DNA of 64,000 nucleotides, from contig NC_042997.1 in NCBI RefSeq assembly GCF_006345805.1, forward strand, positions 33,666,001 to 33,730,000, read 5' to 3'. A program made the translations under genes and the position numbers. Each line of letters begins with the position of its first letter. Position 1 is the stretch's first letter. Below the pieces are notes generated by a model that had not been told where the DNA came from, did not search any database, and saw nothing but the letters and a program-made list of their open reading frames with translations. The stretch is from Octopus sinensis. Lineage: Eukaryota. Below are positions 38,433 to 49,899 of this stretch, in pieces.

Positions 38433-38646
38433 CAGTGCTTTTCAAACTTTTTGCTGGAGCAGAACCCCAAGGAAGCATTCCACTGGCTCGAGGAATCCCT
38501 GCACACATATCTGCACAGGAGAATTAAAAATTACTAGCGATTTTAGTAGTTTTGTAACTTCTTGCGGAACCCCTGGACTGTACTGGCGGAACCCTAAGGT
38601 TCCGCGGAACCCTAAGGTTCCACGGAACCCTGGTTGAAAACCACTG
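38433..38646. mobile_element. hAT/Charlie MITE
   Basis: TIR CAGTGCTTTTCAAAC / GTTGAAAACCACTG; perfect 8-bp TSD CTCTGGAC; internal GGAACCCTAAGGTTCC palindromes. Confidence 0.92.
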
Positions 38647-39199
38647 CTCTGGACTTTCTAAGTTGATGAATTTGATGAGGTTTGGAGGAAAAATGTGAGT
38701 TGCTATTATAGGGAGGAAGGATTGGCTGAAGTTTTTTGAATTATTTTTACAGCAAACTTCACCTCCTATTTATTTTATGAATTGATGATTATCATTTGTT
38801 GAATTGAATTGGTGTTGATTGGAAAACGAGAAGGAAGAGGAAGTTGTCGTATTCATGCGTTTTTCATGTTATTTAGAATCTAGGAATTAGCTACATCCAG
38901 AAGTCAAAATCACATCACAGATATGATACAGCCTCAAAAAAATAATCAAGACTATCGGGTTTGTTTAGTCTGAAAATGTAGTGCTGACTGTTGGAATGTA
39001 CCCAAAATGTTTGCCAATTGAAGAAAAATATGATCTTTCTGGTCTATGCATAAACTACATCTGTTTAGTAGAAACATCTTATTTGTTATAAATAACTGGT
39101 CAGCTTGAGATATGCACAACTGAAACTATATATAAAAGCTGGTACATCTTGTTTGGATTTTCTATGTGAAGAAATAATTTCCTTTTGTTTACTTTGTCC

Positions 39200-39958
39200 A
39201 GAGATGGACAGACTTAACCAAAGGAAATTAATTCTTGTGATACTGTTTCTATAGAATCCTGTTGATTGTGATGCTTATCAAGTGACAGGATTGAAGTTGT
39301 TCACTTGCATCTCATGCTTGCACACATCCTCGTATCTCAGCTGCAGGCAACATTTAACTCTTGACCCAAAAGCCAGTTCACTATATTGCAAGTCTTATGG
39401 AATACAACCACTATTCCTGTGATGGATGTATCCAGTCCGTAAAAGTTGTTGTTGGTGTAGGAAAGTGAACAAAGAAAAAAATATCCACCTTGGCAACTAT
39501 GTCATGCCGCAGATCCTTTTCTGCCATTGTATCCCAAATATTCTTTGCAGACACCTTATATGAAATACATGAAGTTTGTCTTCTTGTGAAGAGTATGTAG
39601 TACACACTTGCTGCCATACAAAAGTGTGCTGAGAACCCACATCTTGCACACTGCAACCTTGCTAAATGTTCTGAGCTATTTGTTTCCTTCCTATTCTTTC
39701 TTAGTAAGCCTTGAGAATACTTGTAGCTACTTTGCCATTGCACTTCTTCAGTTCTGCATGCAAGATGAGATGTTAAAATGCGTATACCATGTCTAGTTCC
39801 TTAACTTGGATCTTAATGCAAAGACGTGTTGGGAGTTCTCTGGGTTTTCTTACAGATTTTCACTGTGCCACTAATAGATTGGATTTGGAAGCTGTGCATC
39901 ATTTTCTTTTGTTCTTTCTTGGCAAAAAAATGTATTTGGCTTTTGTGTAAATTCGCTG
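39200..39958 (-). mobile_element. Old RTE (BovB-like) LINE ORF fragment
   Basis: VLSTLLYGS, TYSSQEDKLHVFHIRCLQRIFGIQWQ, LRYEDVCK remnants across frameshifts. Confidence 0.8.
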
Positions 39959-39959
39959 G

Positions 39960-40253
39960 TCACTGGCACAGGTACCAGACGAGTCTGGCAAACGGCCACG
40001 ATTGGATGGTGGCACATAAAAAGCACCATCCGATCATGGCCGTTTGCCAGACTCGTCTGGCACCTGTGCCGGTGGCACATAAAAAGCACCCACTACACTC
40101 ATGGAGTGGTTGGCGTTAGGAAGGGCATCCAGCTGTAGAAACACTGCCAGATCAGTCTGGGCCTGGTGCAGCCTTCTGGCTTCCCAGACCCCAGTTGAAC
40201 CGTCCAACCCATGCTAGCATGGAAAGCGGACGCTAAACAATGATGATGATGAT
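39960..40253 (+). mobile_element. Family C (RTE 3' UTR) with 2 internal units
   Basis: Body plus (GAT)n tail. Confidence 0.85.
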
Positions 40254-40254
40254 A

Positions 40255-40500
40255 GCCTAATGCACCTATGGTGATAAGGACAAATGAAAGTTTATGGTCA
40301 GCGTACAAAAATTTTAAGTTCTGCATTATTTCACAGTTAATGTCCTCTTGGACTTTTATGATATGTTCACATCTGCTGGGCAGCTGACTTGTACAACAGT
40401 GCATGACTTTTGTTCCTTGTCCCATAGAACAATATCTGTTATGTTAGCACCAGATTGCTGTTTCCATTGGAGTTATTATTCCACCGATATTCCTTATTTT
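40255..40500 (-). mobile_element. Dong/R4-like RLE-domain fragment
   Basis: DIVLWDKEQKSCTVVQVSCPADVNI and VLITIGALGY. Confidence 0.8.
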
Positions 40501-40521
40501 TTAAAGGTGTATGTGTGAGAT

Positions 40522-40639
40522 GCTTACCACACGTAAGTTTCCAAAGTGGTCAGCCACCTAAGTACTGACTAGGCTTGGTGTTACTTAACTTTGGTGATTG
40601 GACGAGAGCCAAAGCATTCAATATGATATGGCTGTAAGC
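40522..40639 (-). pseudogene. Full-length decayed 5S rRNA copy
   Basis: GCTTACAGCCATATC...CTCGTCCAATCACCAAAGTTAAG...TAGTCAGTACTTAGG...GTAAGC, 118 nt, helix I intact, many CG to CA/TG changes, no oligo-T terminator. Confidence 0.88.
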
Positions 40640-41004
40640 ATGCAAGCATGTATTGTGTATATGGTATGTGTATTTTCTTTATTATTATGTGATTGATGAT
40701 ATGTGTAGACAAACAAGTTGATGCTTCATATTCTATCACCATCAATGAAGCATCCAACTTGCTAAAGCCAGTGCCAAGTTGAGCACTTCTTGAGGCTGTG
40801 GCTTGGAAGGGATGTGTATTCCACTAGGCTGATGTATTCTATTTACTTAACACGGAATTTTACCCCCGAAATATGGGATTCATCGTCACCAGCAGTAAAT
40901 AGTTTCAGTAAAACAAAAACTTAAAAATATAATAGTCAAATAATAAAGTGAACTAGTGTGCCAAGAAGCAGATATTGATGGTATTGTAATTCTAAAATGC
41001 ACTT

Positions 41005-41352
41005 ATTAAAACAAGAGCACAAACCCCTGCCAAGGTAACACCAACGTCCTCTCAACGATTAGCCGGAGATAATTTTTAAAATGAGGATATCTGAAATAAA
41101 CTCGATTGCTCTCACAAACGAGAATACTAAAAAAGAACCTGACCGCTCTCAAAAATTGCGTAAAAATACCGGAAAAGTAATCCAGAATCCTTGTCTGGTA
41201 CCGGATCGATCCCAAATTCTAATCAGTTCGTGCCAGTCACGGGGCCAAATATCCCTGAAAGTTCCATCCGAATCCATCCAGTGGTTCTTGAGATATCTTG
41301 TCCACGGACAAACAAACAAACACAACTGAAAGAATACCTCTGCCTTCGCTAA
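41005..41352 (-). mobile_element. HINE/DINE-1-like element, second copy
   Basis: Reverse-complement match to 20705-21292. Confidence 0.6.
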
Positions 41353-41594
41353 TTAAAATTGCAAAACTCGCGCACAGTACGGAAAGAAAGCAAAAGCAAA
41401 AAAAAAAAGACCCAAGTGTAAGGGAGATAACTTAATATTCACTGAATGAGTTACTTCCCTTGAAAATTCGCAAAAAAAATTTTTTCACGAAATTTTAGAC
41501 CAAGAAACCATTTTTTTGTTTTTGTTTTCAAAGATCGAAATTAATTAATTTCAATGAAGATATAATTAATTAAAAAATGTTTCAACAAAATTAG

Positions 41595-41624
<30 letters not shown>

Positions 41625-41626
<2 letters not shown>

Positions 41627-42115
41627 AAGTGAGACCATTACCCGTGCCTATGCCAGTGGTGTATAACCAGCCCACTTACGAGTACCTTTCATTCATTGGA
41701 CAATAAACTTAGCTTGCGAAGACCTGTTGAGGCAAGTGAAATCACGATCACTGACATGGCCGATGACAGTACCGCTTGATTGGCACTCGTGCCTGTGGAA
41801 CGTTAAAATCACCATCCAAGCGTGATCATTGCTAGTACTGCTGACTGGCTCCCGTGACAGTGGGACGTAAAAAACAACTTTTGAACGTGGTCGTTGCCAG
41901 TACCGCCTGACTGGCCCCCATGCCGGTGGCACGTAAAAAGCACCCACTACACTCTCGGAGTGGTTGATATTAGGAAGGGCATCCAGCTCTAGAAACTTTG
42001 CCAGATCAGATTGGAGCCTGGTGCAGCCTTCTGGCTCACCAGTCCTCAGTCAAACCGTCCAACCCATGCCAGCATGGAAAGCGGACGTCAAACGACGACA
42101 ACGATTATGATGATG
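41625..42115 (+). mobile_element. Family C (RTE 3' UTR), long copy
   Basis: Begins upstream of GAAGACCTGTTGAGGCAAGTG and ends in a GATGAT tail. Confidence 0.85.
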
Positions 42116-42214
42116 ATGAGAGAGAGAGAGAACAACTTTTTTTTAAATCTCTGAGTTTGAGATCTACATTAACAGTACCAGATAGTAATGTTTATATGCC
42201 AACAGAACGTGGCA

Positions 42215-42442
42215 CACCTATACAGGACAAAGTTACTGTTGTTATAACCTCAGAAAAAAACATATTTTCCTGCTGGCTATTGACACATAGTCTGTGTCCT
42301 TATAGCATTTGCAAAGGAGGTCATTGCTCCCATCCCTGGCCTTACGTGGTACTCACAGACCTACATTGCTGGATGTTATCTGTCCTTAGTGTGAGTTAAC
42401 CACAAGCTAGTGACGAAAGTTCTCTCCACTTGCAAATACTAT
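42215..42442 (-). mobile_element. Short repeat homologous to 16595-16762, carrying a decayed hammerhead (42352-42395), between 33-bp direct repeats
   Basis: Shared ATGACCTCC(C)TTTGCAAAT..CATAAGGACACAGA; direct repeats at 42182-42214 and 42443-42475. Confidence 0.6.
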
Positions 42443-43194
42443 ATAGTAATGTTTATATGCCAACAGAACATGGCAGTTATACATACATACATACATATGT
42501 GTGTGTATGTGTACATGTATGTCTATGCTTGGATGTGTGTATCTGTTTCATGTATGTGTGTGTCTGTATCTGCAGGTGTTCCTGAGTGCATGCATACATG
42601 TACACTTATTTTTTCTATTAGATCCTATTACCCCTTGGGTATATACTTTTTTTATCTGTATTGAATTTATCATTGATAGTACCTTTCCCTACATATATGC
42701 ACAAATATAATTTTTTTCCCAAATAAATTGCACTTCATATTCAGGCTCTGATGAAGCTATAAAATATTCAGGTACTCAACTAATTTGTCCACTACAGCTT
42801 ATAACAGAAACAGCTGTAAGCTAATGAAGTCCATAAGATAATCATTTAGTCCTTTGTCATCCCATTTTCTGATCACCATTCTGTACTTGTCTAATGCTAT
42901 GTTCTGAAGCATATATATATATTATGTTTTATACCAAGTTACTAGTCTTGGATTGCCTAAGCAAAATATTAAAACACACACACAGGTGTGTATGTGTGTG
43001 TGTATATATGTATATATTAATATAATATATAATGTGGTTTTAGAGTCAAGTTTTGGCTGCTATTTCAAGCGTGGTGGTATCTCTTAGATACCCTAAATTA
43101 TAATTTTAATTATAATTATTACCTTTGGACGTTTTTATTCCCATGCTGGCCACTTGATAAGTTCGATATTTTAAATAACGATCTTATCCTTATT

Positions 43195-43625
43195 TATCAT
43201 CATCATTGTTTAACTTCTGCTTTCCATGCTAGCATGGGTTGGATGATTTGACTGAGGATTGGAGAGCCAGTTTTGATCTGGCAGAATTTCTACAGCTGGA
43301 TGCCCTTCCTAATGCCAACCATTCCGAGAGTGTAGTGGGTGCTTTTACGTGCCACCGACACGAGGGCCAGTCAGGCGGTACTGGCAACGGCCACATCCAA
43401 ATGGTGTTTTTTTTACGTGCCACCTGCACACCGGCAGAAATGCCAGTAAGGCGATGCTGGTATCGATCATGCTTGAATGGTGCTTTTTACGTGCCACCGG
43501 CATGGATGCCAGTTAGCCACTCTGGCAACAATCATGCTTGGATGGTGCTCATAGTGCTCCACTTGCATGGATGCCAGTCATCGAATTTGATTTCGATTTC
43601 ACTTGCCTCAACAGGTCTTTGCAAG
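43195..43625 (-). mobile_element. Family C (RTE 3' UTR)
   Basis: Reverse complement from GACCTGTTGAGG to (GAT)n. Confidence 0.85.
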
Positions 43626-43751
43626 CAGTGTCCAAATATAATATATATATATTACTTTGTATGTCCTTCAGATCTTGTTGGATATACAATATAATAGTAC
43701 ACATTTAATGCAAGTCTGATGAAGTGCCTCTCCAATATCTAAAACCACAAA

Positions 43752-45213
43752 GATGGCCCTGTTCGATCTGTAGAAAAGGTGTAGGTAGAAACTCTATAAG
43801 ATGTACCCAGTGTAAGCTATGGACACATAAGAGGTGCAGCAATGTCAAAGGTAGGCTAACTGGGAAGATAGTTTTTGTATGTGGCAGGTGCTCTGGAGCA
43901 CTGACCTCCGAAAATCTGCAGAAAACAACTTCTGTCACTTTCCGGGGGGAAAAACTAGAAGTAGTTGATAGTTTCCGCTATCTAGGTGACCAAGTCAGTA
44001 GTGGGGGTGGGTGCGCTGAAAGTGTAACTGCTAGAATAAGAATAGCCTGGGCAAAGTTTAGGGAGCTCTTACCTCTGCTGGTGACAAAAGGCCTCTCGCT
44101 CAGAGTAAAAGGCAGACTGTATGATGCATGTGTACGAACAGCTATGCTACATGGCAGTGAAACATGGGCCGTGACTGCTGAGGACATGCGTAAGCTCGTG
44201 AGGAACGATGCCAGTATGCTCCGATGGATGTGTAATGTCAGTGTACTTACTCGACAGAGCGTTAGTACCTTGAGAGAAATGTTGTACCTAAGAAGCATCA
44301 GTTGTTGTGTGCAAGAGAGACGATTGCGCTGGTATGGTCATGTGGCGAGAATGGATGAAGAGAGGGTGTGAGAAAGTGCCAATCCCTAGCAGTTGAGGGA
44401 ACCCGTGGAAGAGGTAGACCCAGGAAAACCTGGGACGAGGTGGTGAAGCACGACCTTCGGACGTTAGGTCTCACCATGGAAATGACTAGAGACCGAGACC
44501 TATGGAAGTATGCTGTGCGTGAGAAGACCCGGCAAGACTAGTGAAGCCATAATCCGTGGCCCCTACCTGGGACGTAGTCAGTCCACCTGTGCATACCTTC
44601 CTTCTTGTGACACTTGTGAAGACCTGTTGAGGCAAGTGAGAATCGAATCGAATCGTATCAATCAAATCGAACCAAATCAAAATAGATGAACATCAATGGA
44701 ATTTGTATCCTTGTGGTACCAGTGCCGGTGGCACATAAGAAAACCATCCGAACGTGACCGTAGCCAGTACCGCAATGACTGGCCTCCGTGCTGAGGGCAC
44801 GTAACAAACACCATCCGAGCGTGGCCGTCCGCCAGCCTCGTCTAGCACCTGTGTCGGTGACACATAAGAAAACACCATCCGAGCGTGGCCGTCTGCCAGC
44901 CTCGTCTGGCACCTGTGTCGGTGGCACATAAAAAACACCATCGAGCGTGGCCGTCTGCCAGCCTCGTCTGGCACCTGTGTCGGTGGCACATAAAAAAAAA
45001 CACCATCCGAGCGTGGCCGTCTGCCAGCCTCGTCTGGCACCTGTGTCGGTGGCACATAAAATCACCCACTACACTCTCGGAGTGGTTGGCGTTAGGAAGG
45101 GCATCCAGCTGTAGAAACACTGCCACATCTGACTGGCCTGGTGCAGCCTTCGGGCTTCCCAGACCCCAGTTGAACCGTCCAACCCATGCTAGCATGGAAA
45201 GCGGACGTTAAAC

Positions 45214-45243
<30 letters not shown>
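43752..45243 (+). mobile_element. Young 5'-truncated RTE LINE: PHD finger, RT thumb region, 3' UTR with about 63-bp VNTR, (GAT)n tail
   Basis: VDSFRYLGDQ, AWAKFREL, MLHGSETW, RRLRWYGHV, GRPRKTW; continuous into family C sequence. Confidence 0.93.
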
Positions 45244-45244
<1 letters not shown>

Positions 45245-45597
45245 ACGTGACTTTTCATTTAGAATTTTTGTATAAAATGGCGTTGCAAATGGAGATGGTA
45301 TGGAAACATTTGTAACTTATTAAAGATGTGTTAAAGAATTTTTGTTTGTTTTTGTCTTCTCATTGGATTATTTACTCTTTGTCAAACCCATATGATGGTA
45401 TAATTGTTGTGAAACTTGGATTTTCTACACCTGAAGTATTCCAGCTTATATGGGCGTTAGGAAGGGCATCCAGCTGTAGAAACATTGCCAAATTAGACTG
45501 GAGCCTGGTGCAGCCTTCTGGCTTCCCAGAACCCCGGTCGAACCGTCCAACCCATGCTAGCATGGAGAACGGACGTTAAACGACGATGATGATGATG

Positions 45598-45768
45598 ATG
45601 ATGGTAAATTTTTTTTTAAATCGTAGACTCATCGTAGACCCAGAAGGGCTCGATATGAATCACGACTATAAGATACCCGCTTTTGGTTACACTGCACCGC
45701 AAAATATGGGAGTAGTTAGGAATCTAAATCGTAGGAGACAGACACAAAACTTCACTTATATATAAAGA
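45598..45768 (-). mobile_element. Helitron H1 5' half
   Basis: Reverse-complement match to 30877-31060. Confidence 0.8.
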
Positions 45769-45774
45769 TATATA

Positions 45775-45820
<46 letters not shown>

Positions 45821-45913
45821 TTAATCATATCAAAGAGAAATGGAAATTAATTAAAATTATCATTTCTAGTGGCCTAACGTGTAAAAGTTCAGTCCAAAGA
45901 CTATGTATTAGTC

Positions 45914-46140
45914 ATAAAATATAGTGTACATTTAAACACATAAGGAATCCACTCGTGGGATTCAACATGCTAGAAATAACAGCTAGGTTCTATAACCACA
46001 AAATTAGGGATAAAATTTGACAGGAACAAAATGAAAAAATAAAAACATTTTACCATCTATTTTTGTGATTATAGAACATAGCTGTCCTTTCTAGCTTGTT
46101 GAATTCCATGAGTGAATTCCTTATGTGTTTAAATGTACAC

Positions 46141-46150
<10 letters not shown>
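45914..46150. mobile_element. MITE with about 70-bp TIRs
   Basis: ATAAAATATAGTGTACATTTAAACACATAAGGAAT / ATTCCTTATGTGTTTAAATGTACACTATATTTTAT. Confidence 0.85.
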
Positions 46151-46183
<33 letters not shown>

Positions 46184-46186
46184 AAT

Positions 46187-46900
46187 GTACAGGTGTGACT
46201 ATGTGATAAGTTCCCAACTATATGGTTCAGGTTTCTCTCTGACTGTATGGCACCTTGGGTATAGCCCCAGGCTGACCAAAGTGGATTTGTATATGTATTT
46301 GTTTCTCACCACTGCTTGACAACCAGTTTCAGTATGTTTACTTCCCTGTAACTTAGTGGTTCAGTAAAAGAAACTGATAGAATATGTAGCAGGCTTTAAA
46401 AAACCCCAAAAGAAACGATTTGTTCAGCTAAGACTATTCAAGGTGGTGCTCCAGCATGGTCACAGCCCAATGACTGAAACAAGTAAAAGATAAATGACAT
46501 CATATGTATACTCATAAATATGATATCTTTTGTCATTTATTTGTTTCAGTCATTTGACTGTGGCCATGCTGGAGCACCACCTTGAAGAGTTTTTTAATTA
46601 AACAAACCACCCAAACCTATTTTTTAAAAACCTATTACTTATTCTATTTGTCTTTTCTGCTGAACCACTAAGTTACAGGGACGTAAACACACCAACACTA
46701 GTTGTCAAGTGGTAGTGGTGGGAAAACACAGAACCAAACACACACACACACACATGACAGGCTTCTTTCAGTTACCAACTACCACATCTACTCATGTGGC
46801 TCTGGTTGGCCCTGGGCTATAGTAGAAGACACATGTTCAAGGCACCATGGAACTGAACCTGGAACCATGTGGTTGAGAAGCAAGCTTCTTACCACACAAC
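46187..46900. mobile_element. Tail-to-tail inverted pair of degraded SINE A copies
   Basis: Plus copy 46187-46495, minus copy 46530-46900. Confidence 0.75.
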
Positions 46901-46908
46901 AACATGTA

Positions 46909-46946
<38 letters not shown>

Positions 46947-47468
46947 TTATGTATAGATAATATAAAGCCTATAACATAATATTAATGGATGTACCGGCTG
47001 ACTTGTTTACTTCAGAATTGAACAAAGGAATGTGCTACCCATTCTTAACATCTGCAGACTGAATAGCAAAATAAGTCCAACATCACCACATACACTTCCA
47101 TCCCCATATAATTATCATTCCTTACTTCCTCTCTTTCTGTCACCTTCTCCTCCTCCCCACCAAAGACATGCAGAAATACCCACATAACTCAATCAGCCTT
47201 CACACTGGTCAAAAGAGATAGGCATCCCTCTGTTAAACATCTATTAATGTTATATTGCCTGAAGAAGTGAATCCAGGAAGATGATCAGCTTGATGTCCAC
47301 AGATATACTATGGACTACACTGTAATCATCCCAAGAATGCAGACTGATCTTAAGAGACATGTGAATTGTTGAAAAGCACGTAGTGATGCAAGAAATGTTT
47401 ATAAATTCCATTCAAGGATTTTTGTTATTACTAATATATATATATATATATATAACATATATAATATA

Positions 47469-49361
47469 TTGGGTTGGCAACTAAGGTCCCGTTGTTATTT
47501 TAAATTTAAATTTTTTAAAAGGTTTAATTAAAAATAACAACTAATTAATCAATAATGTATTCACCTTTGTTGTTTACAACTTCTTCCCAACGTTCAACAA
47601 GATTTTCAATACCTTGGTAGAAATCACCCGATTTCGACTTGAAAAATTGATCCAACCAAGCTCTCAATTCTGCATTAGTATTGAACAAAACTCTGCACGT
47701 TTGAAAGAAATCGTAAAGAGGTGGAAATCCGTGGGTACCAAATCAGGAGAGTACGGCGAGTGTGCCAGCACTTCTCAGCTATGCGTTTGAATGGTTTCCT
47801 TGGTCATCATCATCATCATCATCATCATTTAGCGTCCGTTCTCCATGCTAGCATGGGTTGGACGGTTCAACTGGGGTCTGTGAAGCTGGAAGGCTTCATC
47901 AGGCCCAGTCAGATCTGGCAGTGTTTCTACGGCTGGATGCCCTTCCTAACGCCAACCACTCCGTGAGTGTAGTGGGTGCTTTTTACGTGCCACCCGCACA
48001 GGTGCCAGACAGAGCTGGCAAACGGTCATGAATGGATGGTGCTTTTACGTGTCACCGGCACGGGGCCAGGCGAAGCTGGCAACGGACACAAACGGATGGT
48101 GCTTTTACGTGCCACCAACACGGGGGCCAGACAGAGCTGGCAAACGGCCACGAAACGGATGGTGCTTTTACGTGTCACCGGCACGGGGGCCAGGCGAGGC
48201 TGGCAACGGACACGAACGGATGGTGCTTTTACATGCCACCGACACGGGGGCCAGACAGGGCTGGCAAACGGCCACGAATGGATGGTGCTTTTACGTGTCA
48301 CCGGCACGGGGGCCAGGTGAGGCTGGCAATGGACACGAACGGATGGTGCTTTTACATGTCACCGACATGGGGGCCAGACAGAGCTGGCAAACGGCCACAA
48401 ACGGATGGTGCTTTTACGTGTCACCGGCACGGGGGCCAGGCCAGGTCATATTGGTAATATAAGGGCAGGCATTGTCGTGCAGCAAAAGAACTCCATGCTG
48501 CCAATTAGGTCTTTTCTCTTGATTAGCCATGTTGAGTCGTTCCATCTGTTGAACATAGAGTTCCGTGTTGACCGTTTGGTTTTGTTCAAGCAATTCGTAT
48601 TGGATAATCCCTTCCCAGTCCCACCATATGCACAACATCATTTTATGCAGATGAAGATCTTGTTTAACGCACGGTGTCGCTTGTTTACTGGGGCTAAGCC
48701 ATTCCTTATGCTGCTTCATATTGATGTACAGGTAAAGAAATTGTTGCTTGTGTCCATGAGTTGATTGGTGATAAGCAAGCAAACCAACGGAGATTGTGGA
48801 TCGTTAATTTTTGTTGTTGTCACTTGAGGCATGCGGAACCCATGCTCCATACTTCTGAACTGTACACATCGAGTGAAGATGCTTCTTTATAGCAATGTGG
48901 GAGCATTCCAGTTTCTCTGCCAGTTCCCTTGTCGTTTGATGAGAATTTTTGTGCAAAAGTGGTTTAATTGCTCTTCATTGAACTCAACTGGACGGCCAGA
49001 ATGAGGTGCGTCTTTGAGGTCAAAATTTCCATTTTTGAACTTGGCATACCAATCATGAGCAGTTCTTTCAGCTATGGCACCCTTTCCATACACATCACAA
49101 ATGTTGCGAGCAGCTTTTGTAGTCTTAGAACCTTGATTAAAAGCGAAAAGAAAGAGGTGTCGAAAATGCCCACTTTTCTTAACTTGACATTCCATTTTAA
49201 TGATCTGAAAATAAACAAAAATTGACTAAAATTAACTAGAAAAAAAAATAGATTCCAAAAGATTTCAAAAATAGAATTCTCGAAAAAATTAATTCCAAAA
49301 TTTAAAAACGCAATAAATTCCAAAATTTAAAAAATCGGCGGGAACTTAGTTGCCAACCCAG
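47469..49361 (-). mobile_element. Near full-length mariner, disrupted by a family C insertion
   Basis: TIR TTGGGTTGGCAACTAAG with TA TSDs; HTH MECQ..HFRHLFLFAFNQG, WWDWEGII, LLHDNA, PYSPDLVPTDFHLF. Confidence 0.93.
47808..48443 (-). mobile_element. Family C insertion with 8 starts of an about 62-bp unit
   Basis: TSD GGTCAT at 47802-47807 and 48444-48449; (GAT)n tail. Confidence 0.9.
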
Positions 49362-49565
49362 TACAATTAATATAAACAGCAGTTTGCAATGTATCACCAA
49401 AAAGGAGAATTATATTTGCTACTAACTGTGATTAGGGTGTTAGGAAGCACCTACATTGCTAGAAGTAAGAGCTAAAGCACTCTAATGTTGTAGTTAATAC
49501 ACATGAATGAAAACTTATACACTAACAGGGACCTGAATTGTCTGAAAAAATGCTGATCGAGAATT

Positions 49566-49614
49566 CTTAATACTGACGTTAGTTTTGGCTATATCCGTTG
49601 ACTCATCAGTTAAG
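49566..49614 (-). ncRNA. Decayed type-I hammerhead motif (G12A)
   Basis: CTTAA-CTGATGA-GTC(AACGGATATA)GCC-AAAA-CT(AACGTC)AG-T-A-TTAAG. Confidence 0.55.
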
Positions 49615-49899
49615 CCTGCTTGAGGGTCTGGTTCTTTTCTGACCCACTTCACTATTAGTATTTATGTTTTCATCATCCAAATTATTGGATAATTTAGCAA
49701 TTTGCTAATGTGTATATATAAAATTGATATACAATAATATACACACACATATGCCCATTAGTTTACCAATTTAATTGAATGAGTGTTGCAATGTTCCATG
49801 CATTAGTGTTGAATCAGAAGAAAAGTAAGAAAGAGAGAGGCATAGTGAGGAGTGAAAAAGAGAAATAGGTAAAGAGTTAAAAACTCAACCTTCGGAATT

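Noticed and set aside
38655-38700. LSKLMNLMRFGGKM* as LAGE3 last exon
   Set aside because: Only FG matches; no acceptor, and the upstream reading is not Pcc1-like even after removing the MITE
39797-39806. TTCCTTAAC perfect U12 branch-point match
   Set aside because: Lies within the antisense of a decayed RTE ORF; the downstream frame is not Pcc1-like
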